Both the position numbers and the translations under genes were made by a program. A stretch of DNA of 60,442 nt from a virus (taxonomy: Duplodnaviria; Caudoviricetes): the IMG/VR virus record IMGVR_UViG_3300021376_002324, positions 1 through 60,442 of that record; one strand, given 5' to 3'. Below, in pieces: positions 1 through 8,875 of this stretch. The notes beneath the pieces were generated by a model. It saw only the letters and a list, made by a program, of their open reading frames with translations. It searched no databases and had not been told where the DNA came from. Every line of letters starts with the position of its first letter. The stretch's first letter is position 1.

Positions 1-68
1 GCAATCTTTATTGGATTATGGCCTCCAACAATGTTAAGTTTGTTAAATTTTATTAATAGTAAAAAACA

Positions 69-464
69 ATGATAATGGATAATTTAGAGATAATAATTCT
101 TTCCAGTGTTGTAGTTACTTTATTTGTGGTGTTTATTATAGCAAATGTAAAAGAGTTTCGTAGGATGGATAAGGAAGGATATAATCCAAATCCAAAGGAA
201 AAAAAATATGGTAGAGAAGCACTATTTGTTTTGGCTTCAAAACTTTTTGAAGATGAAAAAGTACCAAATAGGGATAAAAAAATAATTCATAAAGCTGTGA
301 CTAGAACAATTTCAGATATGGAATCTGATGGAATATATTTCTCTGATGAAGTAAAAGAAGAATTAAAGAAAAAAAGAGAAGAACTTTATTGTGAATATAG
401 TGGTTTACCGTCTGTTTTTAGCTATCTAAAAAAAGAGGACGAATTCCATCAAGGACATTCTTAA
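69..464 (+). CDS. Hypothetical protein with N-terminal transmembrane helix
   Basis: 131-aa ORF; hydrophobic stretch IIILSSVVVTLFVVFIIA. Confidence 0.6.
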   Translation: MIMDNLEIIILSSVVVTLFVVFIIANVKEFRRMDKEGYNPNPKEKKYGREALFVLASKLFEDEKVPNRDKKIIHKAVTRTISDMESDGIYFSDEVKEELKKKREELYCEYSGLPSVFSYLKKEDEFHQGHS

Positions 465-2483
465 TTAGATGTCCAAAGCTTTAAGTATACCCTCAGAATC
501 AAAACCAAATTGTTTTTCGTGTAAATCTGGACTATCTTTTACCTCATGTAATCTTTGAATCAAAGAATAAAACATTTCAATATCATTCGATATGGTGGAA
601 TCCTTTGTATGGTCTAATAAAATCTCCCATTTATCTTCATACCCATCAAACTCCATCATATCAAGAAGACTAACGTCATTAATTTCTTCGTTCGCCTCAT
701 TCATTTGATTCCATAAATTCATAAACTTCTTGGTATCCAATTCCTCAATCACCACGTAGTAGTATTCACTTTCATCAAAGAAATTTGTTTCTTGACTGGG
801 TTTTATTCCAATCTTGTTAATCCATTCTCTATTTTTAAGTGGATACATTCCGTACACTTTGGGAAATATATCAGGGTTTTCCTCAAACATATAATACCAC
901 TCATTCACAATAAAGTCTGGACCGACTTTAATTAGTTTATTGGGGTATTTGATGGATTTGTAGATATTATGTTCCACCCCGTGATTAACAATTGTCTTAT
1001 CCTGTATATTCAATTCGTTCAAAAGATTTGTTTTCGATAACTCACTCCTATACTGATCAACTATTTTTTTAACACCTAATAAATAATCCTCATACCATGA
1101 CATATCCACATCAATTTTAGATATGTAAATTTTTACATTTTTATCAGGGTCAAAACTTTCATTTGCATCTAAAATAAATTGTTTGTATTGACGATTGTAA
1201 TCTTCCTTATTTCTTATTTTTTTTGTCATCCAAAAAGATTCATTCCACATGTCACTTCTGGCACGAAATTGATAATATTCAAAATCACCATTTAAATCAT
1301 CATCAATAGATTTGTTTGCATAATCAATAGTACTATAGTAAATTGGTGCACCATAATCTTCATTTTCCTGAAAAGGAATTGTATCATCTTTCAAATTAAT
1401 TAAAATAGAATCGTATTTTTTCTCTAATTCGATTATCTTTTTCTCCTTTGGGTCCATTTCAACTGGTTTAAACAGTTCTTTCATCCCCTTAAGTCTTGGA
1501 TAATCTGATTCTATAGCATTAAAGGGTTTTCCAAATGTGGCATCATATTCTTCCTCACCTTGGTTATCTGCGTTAGTTACGGTATACCAAATGGACTTCC
1601 TATATTCACCTGGTTCATGTACAAATAAAACCAATAAGTGATTGGGGTCAATAAAATCTCCTTCATCATTTTGTTCTGATGTTTTTGTGTCATCAAATAT
1701 GAAGTATGGTGTCCCTAATAAGTTAAATCTATAATGTGTATACATATTTTCTTCACCACGGGATGATATACAAAACGAATATCCGTTACCATACTTAATA
1801 CACGCGTTCTTAGTTTTACCAACATAGATTCGTAATCCATTTTCATTATATACTAAATTCGAATCACCACCGGGTTCACCATCATTAATTTTTCCGGCCT
1901 TTATACGTTTTGGTTGATTGGAATCCACAACGGTTTCCAATTGTTTCCATGTATATTTGGTGATATCTTTTTCCAATACTCTCGGACTATTTTTGATTTG
2001 AACAAACCGATTAATATAACTTATTATTATATCTTTTTCTAAATTTGGACTTTCTTGGTTAAATTTATTAACAAGAACATCGATAAGTTTAGTTGAGTAT
2101 TCTTTTAGAATAATTTTGGTGGTTTGTGACTCACTAATTCCTTTGGGATATCTTACCATACTATGTGAAACCTCTTGATCTGTGTTCTTTGTGAATCCGA
2201 ACCTTCTGTAGAACCTTTTAAGTCTATTGATAGATGTTCCCCCGAAATTGGTGTCAGGTGTTAAATAGATGGGTTTATTGACCTCTTCAGAGTATTCTAT
2301 CACCTTATTCATCACCTCAGTTCCCTTTCCTTGACCCCTGAGATGTTTTGGAATAATAATACTAGATAATTCTAACTTCTTTTCATCCTCCCATAATTCA
2401 AGAGCAATATCTTCATCCACCGGAATGTTTACATAACCCTCCAATAATTTATCATATTGTGTTTCCGTGATGATGATTTTCAT
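465..2483 (-). CDS. Multidomain protein: GNAT-like acetyltransferase + PcfJ-related domain + kinase-like domain
   Basis: GNAT motif A RGQGKGT and RLKRFYRRFGF; central KYGNGYSFCIS module; C-terminal GVEHNIY...LIKV...DLHEKQFG...LKALD resembles a protein-kinase-like fold; MKIIITETQ leader. Confidence 0.55.
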   Translation of the reverse strand: MKIIITETQYDKLLEGYVNIPVDEDIALELWEDEKKLELSSIIIPKHLRGQGKGTEVMNKVIEYSEEVNKPIYLTPDTNFGGTSINRLKRFYRRFGFTKNTDQEVSHSMVRYPKGISESQTTKIILKEYSTKLIDVLVNKFNQESPNLEKDIIISYINRFVQIKNSPRVLEKDITKYTWKQLETVVDSNQPKRIKAGKINDGEPGGDSNLVYNENGLRIYVGKTKNACIKYGNGYSFCISSRGEENMYTHYRFNLLGTPYFIFDDTKTSEQNDEGDFIDPNHLLVLFVHEPGEYRKSIWYTVTNADNQGEEEYDATFGKPFNAIESDYPRLKGMKELFKPVEMDPKEKKIIELEKKYDSILINLKDDTIPFQENEDYGAPIYYSTIDYANKSIDDDLNGDFEYYQFRARSDMWNESFWMTKKIRNKEDYNRQYKQFILDANESFDPDKNVKIYISKIDVDMSWYEDYLLGVKKIVDQYRSELSKTNLLNELNIQDKTIVNHGVEHNIYKSIKYPNKLIKVGPDFIVNEWYYMFEENPDIFPKVYGMYPLKNREWINKIGIKPSQETNFFDESEYYYVVIEELDTKKFMNLWNQMNEANEEINDVSLLDMMEFDGYEDKWEILLDHTKDSTISNDIEMFYSLIQRLHEVKDSPDLHEKQFGFDSEGILKALDI

Positions 2484-2489
2484 AATTAT

Positions 2490-2960
2490 TTATTTAAACC
2501 ACGTTTGTCCCGCAGCAATGTTAAAACATTCCACAATCTCGTTACCATTCGGGAAATTCGAAAGAGGCACTTGTTCTACGAATATTGTTAAGTTGATTCC
2601 CTTTTCTTTCTGCAATTTCATATCTTGGAATATTTCACGATATTCCTCCATGTTTTTAATATCGAAATGTTTTTTGATGTATTCATTTTTATCCAAATCT
2701 TTGATACTTGCTTTCAAAGGGGTGTGTTTCATAATCTTCTCCAACTTGGCCAATTCCATCACAAGAAAATTATCTTTAACATTTGATTTATAAGATTGGA
2801 TATATGCGTTCTTAAATTGTTCGTCCGTCTTTAATTTGTTCAAAAATTCCGTAGGATTTTCTAAAACTCCTTTAATATAGTCAGAAAATGTTGAATACTG
2901 TTCATTAATTACCCCCATCATCTTTCTCATTCTTTGAACTTGTTCTGTTAGATTTTTCAT
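2490..2960 (-). CDS. Hypothetical protein (possible head-packaged protein)
   Basis: 156-aa ORF with MKNLTEQVQRMRKMMGVINEQ leader; TATTTAT motif 4 nt upstream. Confidence 0.55.
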   Translation of the reverse strand: MKNLTEQVQRMRKMMGVINEQYSTFSDYIKGVLENPTEFLNKLKTDEQFKNAYIQSYKSNVKDNFLVMELAKLEKIMKHTPLKASIKDLDKNEYIKKHFDIKNMEEYREIFQDMKLQKEKGINLTIFVEQVPLSNFPNGNEIVECFNIAAGQTWFK

Positions 2961-2964
2961 ATTA

Positions 2965-2971
2965 ATAAATA
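2965..2971 (-). promoter_or_regulatory. TATTTAT motif, putative phage late promoter
   Basis: Sense-strand TATTTAT 4 nt before the ATG; recurs before about ten genes. Confidence 0.5.
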
Positions 2972-2979
2972 GTTGACTA

Positions 2980-3615
2980 CTATATAAGACTCGTGTCTTT
3001 GTTGAGTATCTTCTTTAGGAATATATTTGCAAGTTCCCTGTGACCACCCTCACTATAGTGCCCATCATCAACCACACCCTTTGTTTCCTGTCTTATGGTG
3101 GTGAGATTTTTAAAGGTGATTGCGTTTATCTTTGTGTCCACAAAATAGGACCAATGAATAACCCTACAATTTTTAAATGCAACATCTATTAGTTTTATCC
3201 ACGAATTAACCTCATCTGAATATCTTGACTCATAAGTTATTCTGTTGACAGCAAAAATATCCAATAAATCCATATTGAATTCTTTTGACTTATCAATTCT
3301 TAAAAATGGAAGTATGGATATCCAATCATTTAGTTTGGTGACCATTCTAAAACGATTAATATTTGACCATCCGATGATTATTATATCACCATCCTGTACC
3401 TTGTCAACAATATTACAAACATTTTCCATAATGGTGTAGTTATCACAACCACCCTTGGCTTCGATAACACAATCCATACCCAAACTCTCCGATACTATTT
3501 CCGAAAATATCTTTGGTGTATACCCCTTAAAGTTTATATAATCCTTACAAGATAAGTAAGGATCCTGACTAAATGGTGTCGAAAAACTATCACCGAAAGA
3601 CCAAAGAGTTGACAA
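2980..3615 (-). CDS. SGNH/GDSL-like hydrolase or acyltransferase paralog 1
   Basis: N-terminal FGDSF, GGCDN, C-terminal DGHYSEGGH; TTG start. Confidence 0.6.
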   Translation of the reverse strand: MSTLWSFGDSFSTPFSQDPYLSCKDYINFKGYTPKIFSEIVSESLGMDCVIEAKGGCDNYTIMENVCNIVDKVQDGDIIIIGWSNINRFRMVTKLNDWISILPFLRIDKSKEFNMDLLDIFAVNRITYESRYSDEVNSWIKLIDVAFKNCRVIHWSYFVDTKINAITFKNLTTIRQETKGVVDDGHYSEGGHRELANIFLKKILNKDTSLI

Positions 3616-3616
3616 A

Positions 3617-3835
3617 TTAAACTATTTTAGAATCGGGGTAAGATTTCAAGAGAAATCTTTTATTGTAAACATCGTCCCATGCCCTTCCATTAAAATGCCA
3701 TTTCGCATCATTATGAGCAGATTTTAGAGACTCCTCAACATGAACCTTGGCGAAACCAATCATCAACTCCTCAGTTGTGATGTTTTCATTCTCCAATTTC
3801 ATTTTTTCAATAAATTCCTTAGCGCTTAAAGTCAT
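3617..3835 (-). CDS. Hypothetical protein
   Basis: 72-aa ORF coupled to the downstream gene. Confidence 0.55.
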   Translation of the reverse strand: MTLSAKEFIEKMKLENENITTEELMIGFAKVHVEESLKSAHNDAKWHFNGRAWDDVYNKRFLLKSYPDSKIV

Positions 3836-3878
3836 ATAATTAAATATTAATTATCTTTGTATTTAAAATAATATAGTT

Positions 3879-3989
3879 ATGGCAAAAGTTAAAATTAAAA
3901 CAATCTACAAACACAATAGAGTTTCCAAGAGTGGAAAGATGACGACTGTTAAAACACACAAAAGAAACGTGGCAAGAAAGAAGAAATAA
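3879..3989 (+). CDS. Small highly basic protein (36 aa)
   Basis: Manual translation MAKVKIKTIYKHNRVSKSGKMTTVKTHKRNVARKKK; TATCTTTG -7 element at 3852-3859. Confidence 0.55.
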   Translation: MAKVKIKTIYKHNRVSKSGKMTTVKTHKRNVARKKK

Positions 3990-3990
3990 A

Positions 3991-4022
3991 TTTGGAATAT
4001 ACTAGAATATTCCATATCTTTG
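3991..4022 (+). promoter_or_regulatory. Bacteroidota-type housekeeping promoter (-33 TTTG / -7 TAnnTTTG)
   Basis: TTTG 3991-3994, 20-nt spacer, TATCTTTG 4015-4022, ATG 4 nt later. Confidence 0.7.
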
Positions 4023-4026
4023 TGTT

Positions 4027-4518
4027 ATGATTATTGTATACACCCTTTTTGGGATTAGTGGTTTATTAATTATAACTGCCCTATATAAATTCTTCACAGA
4101 AAGAACAGATAGGGTTTATAGTGTAAACTGTGATTATAATACTCTTTGTGCAAATATTGTGAATTGGGGTGTGGGTAATATACCACCAATAAAATCCTAC
4201 AATAAATTAAAGGTCAAAGTTTCATCTTACGAACATAAGAAAACTATGGCACTATTTTTTCCGGCACAAAAAGAGATTAAAATATACATCAAAAATCACG
4301 ATACTGTCCAAGAAATTGTGGATACACTTCTTCATGAAGTCACACACTATAAACAGCATTTAAGAAATCCAAGAGGAAACACCAAAGAGTATACTAAACT
4401 GATGGGTCTTTATGGTTATTTAAATCACCCCATGGAAATAGAGGCCGTTAACACCGCTAAATCTTATATGGGTGACTGTCTTAAATATTTGGAAAGAAAT
4501 GGACATATAGTATCCTAA
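4027..4518 (+). CDS. Membrane-anchored zincin-like metallopeptidase
   Basis: HEVTH (HExxH) plus downstream PMEIEA; N-terminal TM helix. Confidence 0.6.
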   Translation: MIIVYTLFGISGLLIITALYKFFTERTDRVYSVNCDYNTLCANIVNWGVGNIPPIKSYNKLKVKVSSYEHKKTMALFFPAQKEIKIYIKNHDTVQEIVDTLLHEVTHYKQHLRNPRGNTKEYTKLMGLYGYLNHPMEIEAVNTAKSYMGDCLKYLERNGHIVS

Positions 4519-4655
4519 TTAATATTTGAAATAAATTCTATTTTCAATATTACGGTTTCTATCCTAGTCTGTGAAACGATACTCAATAAATTTAGAGAAT
4601 AGTCTTTTTATCATATTTCCGACTTTGTCACGTTTTTACTTCCGACTTTGGCATT

Positions 4656-5300
4656 TTAATAGAACTTTCTGAGTACCTGAATAACATCCCAAGCATCTTC
4701 AAGAGCATCGTGAGTGACTTCACCACTTATGTTAGTTCTTTCTTTACAAGTTGTTAATGATGGTAAAGATGTATCGTTCTTCCAATCAACACATAAGATT
4801 GCGGGATCTAAAACCCTTTGTCTTGTTCTAATAAGTTTTTGCCACCAAGGGAGTTGTTGTAGAAATAGTTTATCAAATGTTCCGAAATTTTTACCCGCAA
4901 CATTTAATGTAATTGGTTTTGAGTTTGAATCGATTTTCGATGTTACCAATAATTGATTTGGAACCGCGTCACTATATCCGTTTAACCAAAGGAATTCATA
5001 AAACTTTTTTACTACATCTTCCTTTTCATAAAAAGAATAGTTAAGAATGGTATCCATATTAAATCTCGTCTCATCAGTTCCTTCTAAATATTCACCAATC
5101 ATGGCTATTAAACCTTTATTCATTGTTAATGCTCTTGGCGAACCAACAATTTCCCTTTGTAGAATAACCGCGTTGAATTTTGGGCATTCTTCATATGGTA
5201 ATTTTTTTTCTGTGTCTTCGATGATTGCCCCAATTGAAAGGACACAATTTTTTTCAGGATCAAGACCTGATGTCTCTATGTCAATGCTAACATAAATCAT
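4656..5300 (-). CDS. DEDDh 3'-5' exonuclease (DnaQ/oligoribonuclease-like)
   Basis: DIETSG (ExoI), NFGTFD (ExoII), HDALED (ExoIII). Confidence 0.85.
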   Translation of the reverse strand: MIYVSIDIETSGLDPEKNCVLSIGAIIEDTEKKLPYEECPKFNAVILQREIVGSPRALTMNKGLIAMIGEYLEGTDETRFNMDTILNYSFYEKEDVVKKFYEFLWLNGYSDAVPNQLLVTSKIDSNSKPITLNVAGKNFGTFDKLFLQQLPWWQKLIRTRQRVLDPAILCVDWKNDTSLPSLTTCKERTNISGEVTHDALEDAWDVIQVLRKFY

Positions 5301-5304
5301 AGTA

Positions 5305-5706
5305 TTAGTGTTTACTTCTACCTCTACCTAATTTTTCTAAATCAGAATATGAACCGGAATTTGATGGTTTTCTTCTTGGTGATTCATACCAAGTTTTTAA
5401 CCATTCAAATGGTTTCTTCGCATCTGTAAATGGACCACCAAAAGCAGGATACTCGTCTTTAAGATATTCTTCTTCCACTTCTTCCCATGTATCGGTTTTA
5501 AGTTGTGCCATAATCTCTCTTGTCAAACTACCGGCTGTTTTAGTTCCATCATTACTCCAATTAATAATCATGTTTTCAACCTCACGATAAAGTTTTATTT
5601 GATGTTCATTCATATTGTTTACGAATTTATGATATTCTAAATTTTCTTTATCTTTTTCAAGTACATCAGCTTGTCTCATCATCTCGTTATATTGTCTTGG
5701 TGTCAT
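5305..5706 (-). CDS. Hypothetical protein
   Basis: 133-aa ORF in operon context. Confidence 0.55.
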   Translation of the reverse strand: MTPRQYNEMMRQADVLEKDKENLEYHKFVNNMNEHQIKLYREVENMIINWSNDGTKTAGSLTREIMAQLKTDTWEEVEEEYLKDEYPAFGGPFTDAKKPFEWLKTWYESPRRKPSNSGSYSDLEKLGRGRSKH

Positions 5707-5723
5707 GTTAATTATAGTTTTTT

Positions 5724-5918
5724 TTATAAATTTCTAAAAATCCAAAATATAGGCGAGTTTTGATTTTTACCAACGTTGACTTTTTTTCGATGTTTACCTG
5801 GTTGATATTTGTTCTGTGACAAATTATGGTGTCTCATACCAGCACCCACAATATATAGTTTAGGGTTACATGATGTGAATGATACCATTACTAAAAAAAG
5901 TAATATCAACTTCTTCAT
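5724..5918 (-). CDS. Small putative lipoprotein
   Basis: MKKLILLFLVMVSFTSC signal peptide II/lipobox; start refined to ATG 5918. Confidence 0.55.
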   Translation of the reverse strand: MKKLILLFLVMVSFTSCNPKLYIVGAGMRHHNLSQNKYQPGKHRKKVNVGKNQNSPIFWIFRNL

Positions 5919-5922
5919 AATG

Positions 5923-5953
5923 TAAAAGTACAAATATTATTTGGAATATCAAA
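5923..5953 (-). promoter_or_regulatory. Bacteroidota-type promoter variant
   Basis: TTTG, 19 nt, TACTTTTA, then 4 nt to ATG. Confidence 0.5.
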
Positions 5954-5961
5954 AAAAAATA

Positions 5962-5991
5962 TGAAAAAATAAACCCCCAAGATTGGGGGTT
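5962..5991 (-). terminator. Intrinsic terminator
   Basis: AACCCCCAA/TTGGGGGTT inverted repeat at 5972-5991 followed by a T-rich run on the minus strand. Confidence 0.7.
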
Positions 5992-6010
5992 AAAAAATAT
6001 CATTAAAAAA

Positions 6011-6316
6011 TTAATTCTGTTTAGGTTTTCTACCTTTTCTCGCTGGTGTCTTTTCGGTTACAACCTTAACAACATCCTTACTTTGTTTTACCACCTCTTT
6101 TGCCGCTTTGGCCACGTCTTTAACCTCTTCAGCGACCTTTTTGGCTCTTTTCTTTACCTCAACAACGACTTCCTTGACATCTTCTACTTTTTCTTCTAAT
6201 TTATCAGGAATCCCGTTTTTATCCTCGTCTTTAAATGCTCCGAAGAACTTAGTTGCAACAAATACACCGATTGATGCTACGGCTAAAATTGATAGAACTA
6301 TTAATGTTGTATTCAT
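6011..6316 (-). CDS. Membrane-anchored coiled-coil protein
   Basis: N-terminal TM, DEDKNGIPD Ca-loop-like motif, K/E/V heptad-like tail; TATTTAT upstream (6333-6339). Confidence 0.6.
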   Translation of the reverse strand: MNTTLIVLSILAVASIGVFVATKFFGAFKDEDKNGIPDKLEEKVEDVKEVVVEVKKRAKKVAEEVKDVAKAAKEVVKQSKDVVKVVTEKTPARKGRKPKQN

Positions 6317-6367
6317 AATACTTTCTTTTTATATAAATATATGAAAAAACATTAAATTCTTCAAGTT

Positions 6368-6547
6368 TTAACCCACGTAATATTCTTCGATTAATTTATC
6401 CCCACTGAACTCCTTTCTAACCATATAACACTCTGATTCTGAATTTCTTAGTGATTTTATTTTTCTTTCAGCTTGTTCAAGTGACTCACACTCAAAGACC
6501 TCTTCCCCGCGAACGACTTCAAATTTGTATGTAATTTTTATTTTCAT
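6368..6547 (-). CDS. Hypothetical protein (59 aa, below ORF-track cutoff)
   Basis: Manual translation MKIKITYKFEVVRGEEVFECESLEQAERKIKSLRNSESECYMVRKEFSGDKLIEEYYVG; fills the operon gap. Confidence 0.55.
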   Translation of the reverse strand: MKIKITYKFEVVRGEEVFECESLEQAERKIKSLRNSESECYMVRKEFSGDKLIEEYYVG

Positions 6548-6548
6548 C

Positions 6549-6803
6549 TTATTTTTCTAAGTAACAATTCATTTTAGTTGAAACAATAAGTTTTATATTC
6601 TCTAAACACTCTTTGTCCGCCCATATAATGGTGTGATCAAGATTGTTATTGACCACCGATTCGACAAAATTTCCACCCACCATATAATTATCTCTCGTCA
6701 TCATTACAGATGCCATAATGTCAATTACGTGTGGTGATGGTGTTTCATCATATTCTTTTGCGAACTCTCTTACTCTTTCGTAATAATCTTGTTGTGTTGT
6801 CAT
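6549..6803 (-). CDS. Hypothetical protein
   Basis: 84-aa ORF, ATGA-coupled. Confidence 0.55.
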   Translation of the reverse strand: MTTQQDYYERVREFAKEYDETPSPHVIDIMASVMMTRDNYMVGGNFVESVVNNNLDHTIIWADKECLENIKLIVSTKMNCYLEK

Positions 6804-7345
6804 GATTTATATATTCTTAAGTTATTGTAATAAGCAACAGAATTGTTTTCTGCAATTAATCCGTATTCTTTTTTCACATTTTTATGAATAGTATTGGTGT
6901 CTTCACTGATATATTTTGAAATAATATTACAGAATCCAAAATTAGATTCATCAACCACTTCTTGTGGTGTACCGGGTAAACCACAATAAATTGCTTCACC
7001 CACCTCAGAAATAAACATACCACTATAAAATCCCTTTAGTTCATATTCGTTTACAAACCTATCGGCATTACACCATATAAAAACACTATTATCTCTTTCT
7101 TCCAATAAAGGGACAATAGTTTGGTCGATGATATACCCTCCACATTTTTTAAATTGACCCATTGAGAAGAGACCAAATGGTGATCCGTGTCCCATCATCA
7201 TGACTCTATCGTGAGACTTGATAAGTTTGTGCAGTTCTTCTTTGGTAATTCCACCAGTTATAACTGTCTTATTTTCAATTGGTTGATAGACTATGTCTAA
7301 AAAAGATGTAGTACTATCTTTTGGGTGTACAATTAATGTTTTCAT
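6800..7345 (-). CDS. Possible clan CD (caspase/gingipain-like) cysteine peptidase fold protein
   Basis: RVMMMGHGSP and VFIWCNA resemble strand-His-Gly and strand-Cys dyad motifs. Confidence 0.4.
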   Translation of the reverse strand: MKTLIVHPKDSTTSFLDIVYQPIENKTVITGGITKEELHKLIKSHDRVMMMGHGSPFGLFSMGQFKKCGGYIIDQTIVPLLEERDNSVFIWCNADRFVNEYELKGFYSGMFISEVGEAIYCGLPGTPQEVVDESNFGFCNIISKYISEDTNTIHKNVKKEYGLIAENNSVAYYNNLRIYKS

Positions 7346-7349
7346 ACCA

Positions 7350-7380
7350 CAAAGATAGGTACTATTTTTAATATACCAAA
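7350..7380 (-). promoter_or_regulatory. Bacteroidota-type promoter
   Basis: TTTG, 19 nt, TATCTTTG, then 4 nt to ATG 7345. Confidence 0.7.
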
Positions 7381-7396
7381 AAAAAACTAGTATTTT

Positions 7397-8161
7397 TTAT
7401 ATAATACTAATATTTGTATATTTTAGTAAATAATCATAAAAAAGTTCCCCTTGTACCCTGTGTCCATATTCTCCCAAGTGGGTTTCATTTAAAATCTTAT
7501 AGTCGGTTTCCTGTTCAATGGTTTTTCCGCCGTACTTAAAAATTACATCGAAAATTGTTCTAATCTTTTGATTATTGAAGTTAAAGGGTGGTAATTTGGA
7601 TATCTCATCGTGAAGAATATACCTATTATCCTTTAAGTCTTCGTTAGGTAAATCATTTATTATATCCACATCAGCAGACCAAAAAAATAAATAAAACTTT
7701 TTTGATTTAGAATATTCTGTTAGTATTTTCTGATAATTGTAAATCTCTTGTATGTGAAGTGGGTGTGATCTATTCATTGCAATTTCTTCCCTTATAATTT
7801 CTTTTATATATTGCCCATCTTCTCTATTTACTGAAAATCTTTTCCAATGAAATTTCTTTTCATTTTCATTCCATACAACCCATCTAAATCTATGATTGTA
7901 AGTCCAATTAACTATTACAATGTCATTATCATTAAATTCGTTACTATGATTACAAATTGTTTGGAAAATTTCAGGATTTGACATTCCAGCAACCGCATTA
8001 TTATTAAGAGTACATTTTAATTTTTCTTGTAAAATGTCCCCCCAAGTTGGTGGTAAATCTTTTTTTATGTATTCTTTCCATTCTTTATATGGTGGGAATG
8101 TGGTATCTAATAAATGACCTTGGGTATAACTGTCCCCAAATAAATGTAATTTTATTTTCAT
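7397..8161 (-). CDS. SGNH/GDSL-like paralog 2
   Basis: LFGDSY, AGMSN, ETHLGEYGH. Confidence 0.6.
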   Translation of the reverse strand: MKIKLHLFGDSYTQGHLLDTTFPPYKEWKEYIKKDLPPTWGDILQEKLKCTLNNNAVAGMSNPEIFQTICNHSNEFNDNDIVIVNWTYNHRFRWVVWNENEKKFHWKRFSVNREDGQYIKEIIREEIAMNRSHPLHIQEIYNYQKILTEYSKSKKFYLFFWSADVDIINDLPNEDLKDNRYILHDEISKLPPFNFNNQKIRTIFDVIFKYGGKTIEQETDYKILNETHLGEYGHRVQGELFYDYLLKYTNISII

Positions 8162-8163
8162 AT

Positions 8164-8874
8164 TTAATGTAACATATGTTTTCTAATGTGTTCATAAAAT
8201 AATTCAAATTGTATTTTATGACCAGACTGCCCAAGGTGAATGTCGTCAATTAATCCATTAGTTTCTTCATTAATTCTCAATCCACCCCTTCTAAGAACCT
8301 CATTAAAAATTGTTTCTCCTTCACCTTTTATTAAATCTAAACATAAATAAAATTTATGTGTAATTTTATTTATTAAAGAATTATACTTAAAATTGAAATC
8401 AGCGTTCCAAAAGAAAACACTAAATCCAACATATTTTGATAATGTTATAATTATATTTTCAAAATCATGTAATTGTTCGTAATATGCATCTGATGTTCTG
8501 TTTAATCCAATTTCTTCACTGGTTGTTTTTGAAATATATCTACTCATATTTTCATAAAAATGTATTGAAAAATTAGTCCATTCTTTTGAATCACAATTAA
8601 CCCACCTAAATCTATGCATATAAGTCCAATTAATTATTACAATGTCGTCTTTTTCAATCTTATCTGACATTTTGCAAAATCTGTTAAAGATTTCATCATT
8701 ACCTATTGAACCTTTGGCATGATTTACTAATTCATATTCCAATTTTTCAGATAAAAGTTCTCCCCACGTTTTAGGAAATATTCCATTTCTAAATTCCTTG
8801 TATTTTTTATAAGGGATATGTTCTTCTTCATAAGGGGCGCTATAACTGTCACCAAATAAATGTAATTTTTTCAT
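8164..8874 (-). CDS. SGNH/GDSL-like paralog 3
   Basis: LFGDSY, DIHLGQSGH; tandem paralog of 7397 (shared NWTYxHRFRWV). Confidence 0.6.
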   Translation of the reverse strand: MKKLHLFGDSYSAPYEEEHIPYKKYKEFRNGIFPKTWGELLSEKLEYELVNHAKGSIGNDEIFNRFCKMSDKIEKDDIVIINWTYMHRFRWVNCDSKEWTNFSIHFYENMSRYISKTTSEEIGLNRTSDAYYEQLHDFENIIITLSKYVGFSVFFWNADFNFKYNSLINKITHKFYLCLDLIKGEGETIFNEVLRRGGLRINEETNGLIDDIHLGQSGHKIQFELFYEHIRKHMLH

Positions 8875-8875
8875 T

